64,000 nucleotides of DNA from Smithellaceae bacterium (GTDB taxonomy: Bacteria > Desulfobacterota > Syntrophia > Syntrophales > Smithellaceae): positions 2,336,001 to 2,400,000 of the forward strand of contig CAXXVL010000002.1 in the NCBI GenBank assembly GCA_963667845.2, in the 5' to 3' direction. Under the pieces are notes generated by a model. It ran no database searches. It was not told the DNA's origin and saw only the letters and a list, made by a program, of their open reading frames with translations. This document shows, piece after piece, positions 39,578 to 51,182 of this stretch; the stretch's first letter is position 1, and the number at the start of each line of letters is the position of its first letter. The position numbers and the translations under genes were made by a program.

Positions 39578-40043
39578 TATTTGTCTCCTTTCCTGACATG
39601 TTTTTTATTTTTATTTCCAATTGCATAGCATACTTCTCGATGCCCGGCAAAGAGGAATTAACTCCCATGTCGTTCGGCCGACGTTGTTGCACGAGATGTG
39701 CCATTGCTTGAATCCATGCGGCTTATTTTCAGAAAGCGGACTCCCGCGGCCGGGTGAGAAAAAAAAGATCATTCAATTTATTGAGATTTCATCAGTTCGA
39801 TTTTTGATCAGAGCGTCAAAAAAAGATGAACAACGATGAAGTCATCTTCTTCAATTGGACGCCGACAGGTGAAAATTATGACTCCCGGTTTAATGTTTTG
39901 TTCAATCGCCTGCCATAAAACATTCAATGGGTCGGTGTCGTCCGGGGCAATTCATGGTTATTTAAGTCGATGACGTCGTCTGATATTTCTGTTGAAATTT
40001 TGAAACAATCTCGTTACGATCAAACCGGTAAGGAATCGACCAC

Positions 40044-40135
40044 CTCGCAGCAAGCCGTCGAGGCATGAAATGAACGTCATTATTTCGCAGCAAGCTGCGG
40101 AGAATTAACGCTCGTCCCGCGTGAGCGGGATTAAA
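40044..40135. repeat. ~92-bp palindromic repeat (IS200/IS605-end/REP-like), copy 1
   Basis: CTCGCAGCAAGC..CGAGG.ATGAAATGAA.GTCATTATTT.GCAGCAA.CTGCGGAGAATTAACGCTCG...GAGCGGGATTAAA, also at 56199. Confidence 0.85.
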
Positions 40136-40173
40136 TCTACAAAATATCAGGGATTCATTTATAAAGGACTATC

Positions 40174-40353
40174 ATGCAGGAACTCTTGACCGTCATCGCG
40201 TATCCAGCCGTCTGGCTTATTTGTTCTTATCTTTTAAACATTGAAAGTGGCCTGGCCAAGCTGCTCATATCGTTGACGGCGGCAATCCTGGTTTATGTTT
40301 TATTCGGCATTATGCGCACTCATAAAGAAAACAATAAGGAAAACGAAGATTAG
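40174..40353 (+). CDS. 59-aa two-TM small protein (below ORF-track cutoff)
   Basis: AAGGA RBS; MQELLTVIAYPAVWLIC...KENED; stop abuts the HK GTG start. Confidence 0.6.
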   Translation: MQELLTVIAYPAVWLICSYLLNIESGLAKLLISLTAAILVYVLFGIMRTHKENNKENED

Positions 40354-42945
40354 GTGATTTGGCTCAAAAAGGCATACAGGTTTCTCCGTCAGGCGATGAG
40401 CATTCGTATCTGGTTGGCCAGTATTGTCGTTATTCTGCTCATCCTCCTGCTTGCCTTGACGGTGAACCATGCCCGCGAGAAGGAAATGGCGGATCTGTTC
40501 AGCCGTCAACAATTGGCCTCTGCTCAGAACGCCGCCGCCCGAATCACGGAAATCCTTGCGCAGGTCGAACGAAATATCGTCCTGTTTTCCTACTTTGATC
40601 CGGAAGGGAAGAAACTGACTCAGGAAAATTATCGGGAAATCGAGGGGCTGTATTCCGTCTGGGGCAAAACCATCGATGCGGTTCTGGTATTCGATGCGAA
40701 TGAAAAGATCAGACGAATTCTTCCTCAGGGCGCTCTGCCCAGTGTTGATCTGACGAGCCATTTCAGAGCATTGAAAAGACAGCAGAGACAATATTTGAAT
40801 CTGGCGTTATCGGATAAGCTGCCCAGAGAGTCCGAGGCCCAGAAGAAAGACTGGTATCTCATCTGGGGTTACCCCATTTGGCATGAGGATAATGTTTTTG
40901 CAGGAGCCTGGATGGTTTCCTTTTCGCTGGCCGAGCTTGTCGGTGCGGGCGAAAGGCAAGTCAGGGACAATCAGCTGGGCGATCTGTGGCTGATCAATGA
41001 ACAGGGACAGGTGCTGCTGCATCCCGACGCCTCCTACATCGGTAAGAATATCAGTGACCTTGTCAAAAATGATCAGGGAAGCGGATTGACGCTTCCTTCC
41101 GACCGTGTCCGTTACCTGGATTCGAAAATTCTCCAGAACAATGACAAAATGCAGAGAAGCGTTATCGCCTATCATCCGCTGCAGATTGCCGGCAACACCT
41201 GGTATGTCATGGTGACGGCTCCCTACAGTCGTGTCATTGCCCCTGTACGCACCACCTTTATTTATACGATGTTCAGCGCACTGGTGCTGATCCTGGTCCT
41301 GGTCGTCGTCGGCATCTTTTTCGCCTTTCGTGAAGGCAAAAGACTGAGGATGAGAGAAGAGCAGGAAAGGCTCAAGGAGCGTGAAGCCTGGCAGGAAAAG
41401 CTGCTTCGCGAGAAGAAGACGATCGACGGCATTATTGAAGGTTCTCCCATTCCCAGTTTCGTTATTAATAAGGAGCACCGTGTGATTCTCTGGAACAGGG
41501 CCTGCGAGGAATTGACGGGATGCTCCGCCAAGGACATGCTGGGCACCGACGAGCATTACAAATCTTTTTATTCTGTTAAGCGCCCGATGGTCGTCGATCT
41601 GATCGTCGATAACGATATTGACGCACTCAATAAATTCTATGGTTCGAAACGCGTGAAGAAATCAGATAAGGTTCTGAACGCCTACGAGGCCTATGACCAT
41701 TTTGAAAACCTGGGCGGTCTGAGCCGCTATATGTATTTTCTGGCAGCGCCGATTTACGACGAGGACGGCAATATCATAGCGGCGATGGAAACGCTGCAGG
41801 ATGTTTCGCGCGAGGAGGAACTCACGCGCAGCCTCAGGGAGTATGCAGAGACCCTTCAGAATGAGCTGGCGGAAAATATAGAACTGAGACGCGAGATTGA
41901 AGGGCTGTATAACTACATGCAATCGATCGTGAACAGCCTTCCGGACAAAATCTATGAGGTGGACAAGGACGGCATTGTTAATTTTATCAGCCGGGGTTTG
42001 AAAAAAAATCAAACCGAATTCAGAGGGAAGCATTTTCTGGAGTTTGTCGCACCTGAAGACGAAGCTTTCGTCACGTCGAAATGGGAGGATGCCAAAAGGG
42101 GAATATTCACGCCTTACGAAATTGAGGCCACAGCCCAGGACGGCCGCAAGGTCAATATCATGGTGACCACAGTCCCGGTTGTCGGTACGGACCATTATAT
42201 TCTGGTTCAGCGTGATATTACCGAATTCAAAAATCTGGAAAAGAAACTCTACAACAGCCAGAAACTGGCGGCGCTGGGACAGTTGTCGGCCGGCATCGCC
42301 CATGAAGTGCGCAATCCGCTTTCCTCCATTAAAATGAGCCTGCAGATCCTGGAGAAGCGTATGAGTCCGGAAGGCAATGATCTGAAGCGGTTCAAAATTG
42401 CCCAGAAGGAAGTAGAGCACCTAGAAGAGCTGGTTAATAATGTCCTCGTTTTTGCCAAACCGGTGGAACCCAAGATAGCATCGACGGATCTGGCGAAAGT
42501 TCTGGAACAGGCGATTACCCTGTCTGAAAAAATTCTTCACGACAAGCAAATTGAAATTAAACTCGAAGCCGGGGATGTCCCGCTGGTTAACGTGGATGCC
42601 GCAATGATCACGGATGCGTTTGTGAATGTCATCCGCAACGCGGCCGAGGCTACGGAAGAGAAAGGTTATATCCGCATTTACGCCCGCAGCATAGGCAGCC
42701 AGCCGCCGTCGGTCCTGGTCGTGGTGGAAGACAACGGCTGCGGCATTGACGAGGCGGATATGCCTCACCTGTTTAATCCTTTCTTTACAAAGAAGAAATA
42801 TGGTACAGGACTCGGGCTTTCGCAGGTTATGAAGATCGTGGAAGTGCATCAGGGAAAACTCGAGATTATCAGTGAAAAAGATAAAGGGACGAAGGTCTGC
42901 ATTACGCTGCCCAGCAGCGAGCTGCGGCATATCCCGGGAGAGTAA
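40354..42945 (+). CDS. Sensor histidine kinase (Cache, 2 PAS, HisKA, HATPase)
   Basis: AHEVRNPL H-box, NVIRNA, DNGCG, PFFTKK, GTGLGL. Confidence 0.95.
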   Translation: MIWLKKAYRFLRQAMSIRIWLASIVVILLILLLALTVNHAREKEMADLFSRQQLASAQNAAARITEILAQVERNIVLFSYFDPEGKKLTQENYREIEGLYSVWGKTIDAVLVFDANEKIRRILPQGALPSVDLTSHFRALKRQQRQYLNLALSDKLPRESEAQKKDWYLIWGYPIWHEDNVFAGAWMVSFSLAELVGAGERQVRDNQLGDLWLINEQGQVLLHPDASYIGKNISDLVKNDQGSGLTLPSDRVRYLDSKILQNNDKMQRSVIAYHPLQIAGNTWYVMVTAPYSRVIAPVRTTFIYTMFSALVLILVLVVVGIFFAFREGKRLRMREEQERLKEREAWQEKLLREKKTIDGIIEGSPIPSFVINKEHRVILWNRACEELTGCSAKDMLGTDEHYKSFYSVKRPMVVDLIVDNDIDALNKFYGSKRVKKSDKVLNAYEAYDHFENLGGLSRYMYFLAAPIYDEDGNIIAAMETLQDVSREEELTRSLREYAETLQNELAENIELRREIEGLYNYMQSIVNSLPDKIYEVDKDGIVNFISRGLKKNQTEFRGKHFLEFVAPEDEAFVTSKWEDAKRGIFTPYEIEATAQDGRKVNIMVTTVPVVGTDHYILVQRDITEFKNLEKKLYNSQKLAALGQLSAGIAHEVRNPLSSIKMSLQILEKRMSPEGNDLKRFKIAQKEVEHLEELVNNVLVFAKPVEPKIASTDLAKVLEQAITLSEKILHDKQIEIKLEAGDVPLVNVDAAMITDAFVNVIRNAAEATEEKGYIRIYARSIGSQPPSVLVVVEDNGCGIDEADMPHLFNPFFTKKKYGTGLGLSQVMKIVEVHQGKLEIISEKDKGTKVCITLPSSELRHIPGE

Positions 42946-42986
42946 ATAATCTTAAACGGATCGCGCGGCAGAAGACATCCGTTCGA

Positions 42987-44390
42987 ATGGCGAAGGTTAC
43001 GACTATGGCGAGTATTCTGGTTATTGATGATGATGCATCGATTGTGGAGACGCTGGACCTGTACTTAACGGAAGAAGGATACTCCGTCCGGACTGCCCTG
43101 ACCGGAACCGATGGGTTAAATAAGTATGTTCAGGAACCTTCGGATGTAGTGATCCTGGATATCCGCCTGCCGGATGTCGACGGTTTTTCCGTTCTCGAAG
43201 ACCTGAAAGAAGAAAACGAAAACGCAAAAGTCATCATGATTACAGCCTTCCATGACATGGAGACAACCATCAACGCCATGAAGGGCGGGGCATTCGACTA
43301 TATCCATAAGCCGGTCAACGTCGATGAACTGGACCTGGCGATCAAGAAGGCCCTGAAGTCGCTGGAGATGGAGAAGAAAATCGACGGCCTGCTCATGGAA
43401 CCGTCCCGCAATTTCCGGGTCGGAGATATCATCGGGACCGGCAACGAGATGCGGGAGATTTTCAAGACGATCGGCATCGTTTCCAAAAGCCGCACCACCG
43501 TCCTTATTCAGGGCGAGAGCGGAACGGGCAAGGAACTTATCGCCAAGGTGATCCACAATAACACCTCGCCGGATGAACCCTTTATCGCCGTGAACTGTTC
43601 GGCTATCGTGGAGACGCTGCTGGAGTCCGAATTATTCGGTCATGAAAAAGGATCGTTTACGGGAGCCGTCGCCCGAAAACTGGGCAAATTTGAATTGGCC
43701 CGCTTTGGAACCGTATTTCTGGATGAAATCAGTGAAATGTCCGTCAACCTGCAGGCCAAGCTTCTGCGCGTTTTGCAGGAAATGGAATTCGAGCGCGTCG
43801 GGGGGAAGGATCGGGTGAAAGTAAATGCCCGCATCATGGCCGCGACGAATAAAGATTTAAAATTGATGGTTAAAGAAGGCAAATTCCGGGATGATCTCTA
43901 TTACCGTCTAAATATTGTTGCCATTAATCTGCCGCCCCTGCGCACGCGCCGCCAGGACATCCCGCCATTGATTGATTATCTGCTTTCCAAGATTAATCTG
44001 GATCTGCATAAAAAGGTCGTCGGTGTTTCCGGTGAAATGATGGAAAAATTTATGACGTATGACTGGCCGGGTAATATCCGCGAACTGGAGAACCTGCTGG
44101 TGAGGGCCTGCGTTGTCGCTAAAGGCCAGGTGCTGGGCGTCGGTGATTTCCCGGAATTGGGTAGAGATTATCCATCGATTGGGGCGCGAAAAGATGAAAC
44201 AGCGGATGTGTTCACGCCCGATGAGCCGGGCAAATTTTTAACCCTTGACCAGGTCGAAGAACGCTACATCCGTAAAATCATCAAGGAAACGGATAAAAAT
44301 AAAGGGGAAATCTGCGAAATACTCGGCATTTCCCGACCGACGTTTGAGAGGAAGCTGGAAAAGTACGGGATCTCTTTCGAGCGGGAGTAG
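42987..44390 (+). CDS. Sigma54-dependent response regulator (NtrC family)
   Basis: REC domain, GESGTGKE, ESELFGHEKGSFTGA, WPGNIREL, Fis-type HTH. Confidence 0.95.
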   Translation: MAKVTTMASILVIDDDASIVETLDLYLTEEGYSVRTALTGTDGLNKYVQEPSDVVILDIRLPDVDGFSVLEDLKEENENAKVIMITAFHDMETTINAMKGGAFDYIHKPVNVDELDLAIKKALKSLEMEKKIDGLLMEPSRNFRVGDIIGTGNEMREIFKTIGIVSKSRTTVLIQGESGTGKELIAKVIHNNTSPDEPFIAVNCSAIVETLLESELFGHEKGSFTGAVARKLGKFELARFGTVFLDEISEMSVNLQAKLLRVLQEMEFERVGGKDRVKVNARIMAATNKDLKLMVKEGKFRDDLYYRLNIVAINLPPLRTRRQDIPPLIDYLLSKINLDLHKKVVGVSGEMMEKFMTYDWPGNIRELENLLVRACVVAKGQVLGVGDFPELGRDYPSIGARKDETADVFTPDEPGKFLTLDQVEERYIRKIIKETDKNKGEICEILGISRPTFERKLEKYGISFERE

Positions 44391-44391
44391 G

Positions 44392-44512
44392 GGGCTGTTG
44401 AAAAACGCTCATCTGCTGCGTTCCGCGGCGCCCTTCGTCACTGCGGCGTATGGATATACGCCTCATTCCTCAGGGCTTGCGCGCCTTGCATCTAAGCATT
44501 TTTGAACAGCCC
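44392..44512. repeat. ~120-bp palindromic MITE/REP-like element
   Basis: IR GGGCTGTTGAAAAA / TTTTTGAACAGCCC; core GCGGCGTA..TACGCCTC...GCGCGCCTTGC. Confidence 0.85.
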
Positions 44513-44632
44513 TGAAAATTGAAGTCACTTCTCACAAGGAATACGCTTGTATTCAAAATCAAAATAGGGGTGTCTCCAACTTTCTTATTTTAGCGTTTTA
44601 AAAAAACTATCGTGCTGTTTTCGGAATTTCTT

Positions 44633-45562
44633 ATGAGCAATAAAGATGAAAATACTTGGGCCTATTACGAAAAGAAATTGGAATCGATCTCAAGACACAA
44701 TCATGTTCCATATGGTCGTGCTTTCATGTTGTTTGACAGCGAGGAGGAGCATTTCAAGAAATGTCTGACTTATAAAGGTTATTTATCTTTATCAGATGCT
44801 TTCAAATGCATTTTTCTTGAAACGATGGAACTTTTTGATATTGAATGCCGTCCGAAGATTAAGAGTTCGGTTTCAAGATCGTACCCATTGTTTGTTCCAC
44901 GTCTTGTGCATAGTTATAAATCACTCTGCGGTTCCGAACGTATTGCTTTAAAAGGATATCCTCTGCAAGCATATACTCTACTTAGAAATACTTTTGATAA
45001 CATTGTTGTGGTGTCTGCAGTATTGCAGGGTATTACAGACTTTCACAGTGCTGATGGTATTGATAGAATCGAATCTGGGGGAGAAATTGATCTTAAACAG
45101 ATAAGAAATAAAAAGAAAGCAACAGAATTTGATGTTCGCTCCAAAATGACTGGAGCACGAAGTGGACTTAGCCAAACTACTATAAACGAATTGGCGATAT
45201 GGGATGATATGTTTGACTGGGAGACTCATGGTTCTCGGCTATCATTATCTAGTTCTCTTTCTTGGATGCAAGGCCAAGAACCCCTATCAGTATTGCCAGA
45301 ATTTCTGGAGCGTGAATTTGCGATGTTCATGAATCGTTATTGCGAAATAGCTTGGATGGTCCATCGACTTCTTCCCATGATTCAATTCTCAGAAGCCCCT
45401 TTAGGAAATTCTTGGAACGAAAAATGGTGCATAATTGATACATCCTTTGAATTAATGGTTACTTCTCTTACGGTACAAGCTGGCAAACCAATTGGTGCGG
45501 CTATCGTTGAGTTCGTAAAGCAAAAATTTCCTTTTAACGAAAAATCAGTGTTTCCTTTGTGA
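44633..45562 (+). CDS. AT-rich hypothetical helical protein (DUF5677/HEPN-like tentative)
   Basis: Visibly lower GC than flanks; GYPLQAYTLLRNTFD and ETHG motifs. Confidence 0.7.
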   Translation: MSNKDENTWAYYEKKLESISRHNHVPYGRAFMLFDSEEEHFKKCLTYKGYLSLSDAFKCIFLETMELFDIECRPKIKSSVSRSYPLFVPRLVHSYKSLCGSERIALKGYPLQAYTLLRNTFDNIVVVSAVLQGITDFHSADGIDRIESGGEIDLKQIRNKKKATEFDVRSKMTGARSGLSQTTINELAIWDDMFDWETHGSRLSLSSSLSWMQGQEPLSVLPEFLEREFAMFMNRYCEIAWMVHRLLPMIQFSEAPLGNSWNEKWCIIDTSFELMVTSLTVQAGKPIGAAIVEFVKQKFPFNEKSVFPL

Positions 45563-45664
45563 ATAATCACTGGTAGGATACTTTAAAGGTGAACTAAAGG
45601 TGACTGTGGCAGGTCTTCGCTTGGCGCTGCTTAGAAAGTAAATTTAAAAAATTATTAAGAATTA

Positions 45665-45786
45665 GGGCTGTTCAAAAGTGCTGAGATGCTAGGCGCACAA
45701 GAAGCCTGCCGCGAGGCGTATCATTTGATACGTTGAGCGGCGGCCTTTGCAGCGCAACAACGCAGATCGGTACTTTTCAACAGTCC
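45665..45786. repeat. ~120-bp palindromic element, inverted relative to 44392..44512
   Basis: IR GGGCTGTTCAAAAGT / ACTTTTCAACAGTCC; reverse complement aligns to the 44392 copy. Confidence 0.85.
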
Positions 45787-45796
45787 CGAGGAAATT

Positions 45797-46396
45797 ATGA
45801 AAATTATTAGTGCCGATTTTATCAAAAGCGCCGTCTGGCCGGCCCAGTACCCGCCGGGGACCATGCCGGAGATCGCCTTCGTGGGGCGGTCCAATGTCGG
45901 GAAGTCATCGCTGATGAATACGCTTGTCGGGCGGAAGAAACTGGCCAAGACCAGCAATACGCCGGGGCGAACCCAGCTCATCAATTTTTTTGTCATCAAT
46001 GAGTCAATTTCCCTTGTTGATTTGCCCGGTTATGGTTTCGCCAAGGTGGCTCAGTCCGTTAAAAAAGACTGGGGCGACATGATGGAAACTTATTTGCGCG
46101 AACGCCCGAATCTGGCCATGGTCATCTCCATTTTGGATATTCGCCGCGATCCCAATCCGGACGATTTGTCCCTGCATGAGTGGCTCACTCATTATCGGAT
46201 TCCTTATGTTGTTGTCCTGACCAAGACGGATAAATTGTCGAATAATCAGGCTATTGCGAGAAAGCGGCTTATCGAGAAGGCCCTGGGTGCAACGGTTCAT
46301 CAAAGAGCCGTCCTTTTTTCAGCTAAAACGCAGAAAGGAAAGGAAGAGCTTTGGCAGATTCTCGAGAATCATCTAAATTCGCTTGAAAAACAATAG
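45797..46396 (+). CDS. yihA: Ribosome biogenesis GTPase YihA/YsxC (EngB)
   Basis: GRSNVGKSS, TPGRT, DLPGYG, TKTDK. Confidence 0.96.
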   Translation: MKIISADFIKSAVWPAQYPPGTMPEIAFVGRSNVGKSSLMNTLVGRKKLAKTSNTPGRTQLINFFVINESISLVDLPGYGFAKVAQSVKKDWGDMMETYLRERPNLAMVISILDIRRDPNPDDLSLHEWLTHYRIPYVVVLTKTDKLSNNQAIARKRLIEKALGATVHQRAVLFSAKTQKGKEELWQILENHLNSLEKQ

Positions 46397-46608
46397 CATG
46401 TACGGGATTGAAAAAGAGAGATCTTTTTTCGGTTGCCTGCGGGAGAGCTCAAGATTTTAAATTCAGGAATAAATCCGGCTAAGATATGAATTTTATTTTG
46501 AAGAATGTCCATGACGATAATCAATATATTATGAACGATGGTCAAGCATTTATATTAATTAATTCAATCGTTTGTACGTTAAATTTCAAATAAATTCATC
46601 TTCTGCCC

Positions 46609-46637
46609 TTGACATGATGCATAAAGTATGTTAGCGG
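46609..46637 (+). promoter_or_regulatory. Putative promoter of hdr-flx cluster 1
   Basis: TTGACA-N17-TAGCGG with TG extended motif, AT-rich upstream. Confidence 0.4.
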
Positions 46638-46711
46638 ACGAACGCTGGTCGGGGGATTTCCCGGGGCAGTTGTTAAAATGAGTTTTTACATAAATTACGA
46701 GGTGTAATCAC

Positions 46712-49700
46712 GTGATCAAAGATAACGAAAAAGTTGGTGCAGTAATGGTGGTTGGTTCGGGAATTGCCGGCATTCAGGCGTCCCTCGATTTGGCCAATTC
46801 CGGAATGAAGGTCTATCTCGTGGAAAACGGGATCAGCATCGGCGGCGTCATGGCCCAGCTGGATAAAACATTTCCTACAAATGACTGCTCAGCCTGTATT
46901 CTGTCGCCGAAACTGGTTGAAGTCGGCCGTCATCCGAATGTGACGATCAAAACAAGACGCACCGTAGAGTCTGTCGAAGGCGAACCGGGAAAATTCAAAG
47001 TCAAACTGACTTCCGCTCCCCGTTACATCGATCTGGACAAATGCACGGGCTGCGGCGACTGCGCTAAAGTCTGTCCGATTACCGTCAAGGCCGAATTCAA
47101 CGGCAATTTAAGCGAACGAAAGGCCGTATATCGGCACTTCCCGCAGGCTATTCCCAGCGGTTTTGCCATCGACAAACTGGGAACATCGCCCTGTAAGGCC
47201 AACTGCCCGACGCATATCAGCGTTCAGGGGTATGTGGCGCTCATCGCCGAAGGAAAATATAAAGAAGCCCTCAAGCTTATCAAGAAGGACAACCCGTTCC
47301 CCATCGTTTGCGGCCGGGTCTGTAACCATCCCTGCGAAACCGCCTGTATGCGGGGAAAGGTGGAAGAACCGATCGACATCATGCACCTGAAGCGTTTTGT
47401 CGCAGATCTGGACCTGAATAGCGACACGCGATACCTTCCCGAAAAGAAGGAAAGCAAGGGCAAGAAAATTGCCGTGGTCGGCGCCGGTCCTTCCGGCCTC
47501 ACCTGTGCGTATTACCTGGCGATCGAAGGCTACGACGTGGAAGTATTTGAATCCCTGCCGGTAGCGGGCGGCTGGATGGCCGTCGGCATCCCCGAGTATC
47601 GCCTGCCCAAGAATGTTCTCAATGCGGAAATCAAAGTCATTGAGGACCTGGGTGTGAAGATTCACCTCAACACCAAGATTGGCAAAGACATTTCCTTCGA
47701 TAAACTCAAAAGTGATTATAGCGCGGTCTTCATCGGCTGCGGTACCATGAAGAGCAGCAAGCTCAATATTCCCGGCGAAGACATGCAGGGCGTCATCCAC
47801 GGTGTGGATTACCTGATGCAGATCAACCTGGGGAAGAATGTGTCCTTAGGCGACCGGGTTGCCGTGATCGGCGGCGGTAACGTTGCGATGGATGCGGTCC
47901 GCACAGCGGTTCGCACCGGATCCAAAAATGTCTTCATCCTCTATCGACGGACCCGCGCTGAAATGCCGGCTTCTCCCGAAGAAATCGAAGAAGCGATTGA
48001 AGAAGGAATTGAAATGAAATTCCTCGTTGCCCCCAAGCGAGTCGTGGGCAAGGATGGAAAAGTCACCGGCATCGAATGCACGCGCATGGAGCTGGGCGAA
48101 CCGGATAAAAGCGGCCGCCGCCGTCCCATTGAAATCAAAGGTTCCGAATTCATCGTCGAGTGCGACGCCATCGTTCCGGCCATCGGCCAGGAAGCCGATC
48201 TGTCGTTCATTACGAAAGAAAGCGGCGTTTCGATCAATAAGTGGAATAACGTCGATTATGATGCGATTACTTACGCAACGAATATCCCCGGCGTGTTCTC
48301 CGGCGGTGACGTGGTCACCGGTCCGCAGACCGTCGTAAAAGCCGTCTTCTCCGGTAAGGAAGCAGCCAAGTCCATCGACTTGTATCTGCAGGGCGCTGAT
48401 ATGAAGGCCGGCCGCGAAAAAGACTGGACCAAGGATCTGGCGGATAAAGCAGATGTCTCCGGCCTGCCCAAAGTCCCCCGTGAAAAATATCCGAACATGA
48501 AACCGGAAGAACGCCGCACCAGCTTCCAGGAAGTGGGCATCGGCTTCTCCGAGGCCCAGGCGATTGCGGAAGCGCATCGCTGCCTGGCTTGCGGCATTTG
48601 CTCCGAGTGTTATCAGTGCGTGGACGCCTGTATCGCCAAGGCCATCGACCACGACATGAAAGTTGAAGAAGAAACGATCGAAGTCGGCGCCGTCATCGCA
48701 TCGGCCGGGTTTGAAATCTTTGACGCCAGCAAGCGCGGTGAATATGGCTATGGCATATATAAGAACGTGGTTACCGCACTTCAATTTGAACGTATTCTGT
48801 CCGCTTCCGGTCCTTTCTTCGGACACGTCCAGCGGATTTCCGACGGGAAGGAACCGAAGAAGGTTGCTTTTATTCAATGCGTCGGCTCCCGCGATGTGTC
48901 CTGCGACAACAGCTGGTGTTCATCGGTTTGCTGCATGTACGCGACCAAGGAAGCGATCATCGGCAAGGAACACGCCAAGGGGCTCGAACCCACCATTTTC
49001 TACATGGACATCCGCGCCCACGGCAAGGATTTCGACCGGTTCGTCAACCGTGCCAAAGACGAATACGGCATCCGCTACATCCGCTCCATGCCGTCCGCCA
49101 TTAAAGAAATGCAGCAGACCAACAATCTGCTGATCAAATATGTCAATCAGGATGGCAGCTTCACCGAGGAAGAATTCGACATGGTCGTTCTTTCCGTCGG
49201 TCTCATGCCGCCTAAAGATGCCAAAAAGTTGTCCGCCAGCCTCGGTATTGAGCTTGAGGAACACGGGTTCTGCAAAACGTCTCTGGAAAATCCCGTGCAA
49301 ACTTCGCGCCCTGGCGTCTTTGTCTGCGGTGCCTTCGGTGGACCGAAAGACATTCCCGAAACCGTTATGGAGGCCTCGGCTGCCGCCGCTTGCGCGGAAG
49401 GCCTGCTCGCTTCCCGGCGCGGCACCATGATTACCCCGGCGGATAATCCGGAAGAAAAGGATCTGCGCGGTCAGGGCGTGCGCACCGGCGTGTTTGTCTG
49501 CCACTGCGGTATCAATATCGGTGGTGTCGTTAATGTGCCCGAAGTCCGGGACTATGCCGCCACGCTGCCCACTGTCGTTTACACGGCTGACAATCTTTTC
49601 ACCTGTTCACAGGATACCGCTGTAAAAATGGCGGAAGTCATCAAAGAAAAAGATCTGACCCGCGTGGTCGTCGCTTCCTGCTCGCCCCGTACGCACGAAG

Positions 49701-51139
49701 GGCTTTTCCAGGAAAACTGCGAAAAGGCCGGCCTCAACCGGTATCTGTTCGAGATGGCCAATATCCGCGACCAGAATTCCTGGGTGCATATGCACGAACC
49801 TGAAGCAGCCACCCAGAAAGCCAAAGACCTGCTGCGGATGGCCGTCGCCAAGGCTCAGTATCTTAAACCGTTGAAACCCGGTCAGCTGTCCGTCAACCAT
49901 CAGGCGCTGATCATCGGTGGCGGTTTGGCCGGCATGACCGCAGCTCTGTCGCTCGCCGATCAGGGGTTCGCCTCCTTCCTCATTGAGAAGGAAGACAGGC
50001 TGGGCGGCAATTACAATCACCTGTATAAGACCCTGGAAGGCCTCGATGCTCAGGCACACCTGAAAGGTCTTCTCGATAAAATTTATAAGAATCCCTTAAT
50101 CACCGTCGTCACTTCCGCCCATATCGAAAAGATTGACGGGTTTATCGGCAATTACAAAACCACCGTGAAGGCCAAAGACGGTGAGAAAGTCTTTGAACAC
50201 GGCATCGTGCTGGTAGCCACCGGCGCTTATGAAAACAAACCGAAAGAGTACCTCTTCGGTCAAAATGCGAAAGTCAAAAGCCAGCGCGAGCTGGAGACGA
50301 TGATCTATGAGAAAGATGCGAAGCTGGCCTCTGTGAAGAATGTGGTCATGATTCAATGCGTCGGCAGCCGCGATAAGGAAAGACCGTATTGCAGCCGCTA
50401 CTGCTGCTCGGAGGCCGTCAAGAACGCACTCGAACTCAAAGCGGCCGATCCGACACGCGACATTACCATTCTGTATCGTGATATCCGCACCTTCGCGTTC
50501 AAGGAAGACTATTACAAGAAAGCCCGGGAAGCGAATGTCAAGTTTATCTCGTTTGAAGAAAACCGCAAACCGGAAGTCGTGGCAGCCGGCGATAAAGTGG
50601 AAGTCAAGGTATTCGATCCGATTCTCAATGAAGCCGTCAGTCTGCCCGCGGATGTCGTGGCTCTGAGCATCGGCGTTGTGCCGAATCCCGAAAACGCGGC
50701 GATCGGCCAGATGCTGAAAATACCCACGAACCAGGATGGCTTCTTCCTGGAAGCGCACGTTAAACTGCGCCCGGTCGATTTCGCCACCGACGGCGTGTTC
50801 ATGTGCGGTATGTCGCATTCACCGAAGTTCAGCGACGAAACGGTCACGCAGGCCAACGCCGCCGTTTCGCGCGCCTGCCTGGTCTTAAGTCTTGATTTCA
50901 TCGAGGCGGAAGGCAAAACGGCGTTCGTCAACAAGGAACGCTGTTCGGCTTGCGGTCTTTGCGAGATCAACTGTCCCTACAGCGCGATTAGCGTGAACGT
51001 TGCGGAGGGTTGCGCCGAAGTGAACGCAGTTCTTTGCAAGGGCTGCGGAGTCTGCACGGCATCCTGCCGGATGAACGCCGTAGACCTCAATGGGTTCAAT
51101 AACGAAGAAGTGCTGGCACAGATATTTAATTTAAACTAA
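46712..51139 (+). CDS. hdrA: HdrL-type protein: two HdrA modules with inserted GltD-like NAD(P)H domain
   Basis: [13 protein letters not shown]; insert with [27 protein letters not shown]; two QCVGSRD motifs; internal GVFVCHCG; ferredoxin motifs. Confidence 0.93.
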   Translation: MIKDNEKVGAVMVVGSGIAGIQASLDLANSGMKVYLVENGISIGGVMAQLDKTFPTNDCSACILSPKLVEVGRHPNVTIKTRRTVESVEGEPGKFKVKLTSAPRYIDLDKCTGCGDCAKVCPITVKAEFNGNLSERKAVYRHFPQAIPSGFAIDKLGTSPCKANCPTHISVQGYVALIAEGKYKEALKLIKKDNPFPIVCGRVCNHPCETACMRGKVEEPIDIMHLKRFVADLDLNSDTRYLPEKKESKGKKIAVVGAGPSGLTCAYYLAIEGYDVEVFESLPVAGGWMAVGIPEYRLPKNVLNAEIKVIEDLGVKIHLNTKIGKDISFDKLKSDYSAVFIGCGTMKSSKLNIPGEDMQGVIHGVDYLMQINLGKNVSLGDRVAVIGGGNVAMDAVRTAVRTGSKNVFILYRRTRAEMPASPEEIEEAIEEGIEMKFLVAPKRVVGKDGKVTGIECTRMELGEPDKSGRRRPIEIKGSEFIVECDAIVPAIGQEADLSFITKESGVSINKWNNVDYDAITYATNIPGVFSGGDVVTGPQTVVKAVFSGKEAAKSIDLYLQGADMKAGREKDWTKDLADKADVSGLPKVPREKYPNMKPEERRTSFQEVGIGFSEAQAIAEAHRCLACGICSECYQCVDACIAKAIDHDMKVEEETIEVGAVIASAGFEIFDASKRGEYGYGIYKNVVTALQFERILSASGPFFGHVQRISDGKEPKKVAFIQCVGSRDVSCDNSWCSSVCCMYATKEAIIGKEHAKGLEPTIFYMDIRAHGKDFDRFVNRAKDEYGIRYIRSMPSAIKEMQQTNNLLIKYVNQDGSFTEEEFDMVVLSVGLMPPKDAKKLSASLGIELEEHGFCKTSLENPVQTSRPGVFVCGAFGGPKDIPETVMEASAAAACAEGLLASRRGTMITPADNPEEKDLRGQGVRTGVFVCHCGINIGGVVNVPEVRDYAATLPTVVYTADNLFTCSQDTAVKMAEVIKEKDLTRVVVASCSPRTHEGLFQENCEKAGLNRYLFEMANIRDQNSWVHMHEPEAATQKAKDLLRMAVAKAQYLKPLKPGQLSVNHQALIIGGGLAGMTAALSLADQGFASFLIEKEDRLGGNYNHLYKTLEGLDAQAHLKGLLDKIYKNPLITVVTSAHIEKIDGFIGNYKTTVKAKDGEKVFEHGIVLVATGAYENKPKEYLFGQNAKVKSQRELETMIYEKDAKLASVKNVVMIQCVGSRDKERPYCSRYCCSEAVKNALELKAADPTRDITILYRDIRTFAFKEDYYKKAREANVKFISFEENRKPEVVAAGDKVEVKVFDPILNEAVSLPADVVALSIGVVPNPENAAIGQMLKIPTNQDGFFLEAHVKLRPVDFATDGVFMCGMSHSPKFSDETVTQANAAVSRACLVLSLDFIEAEGKTAFVNKERCSACGLCEINCPYSAISVNVAEGCAEVNAVLCKGCGVCTASCRMNAVDLNGFNNEEVLAQIFNLN

Positions 51140-51182
51140 GGTAACCGGCTCTCAAGCCGCATTGCCGCTCGAAGGAGAATAT

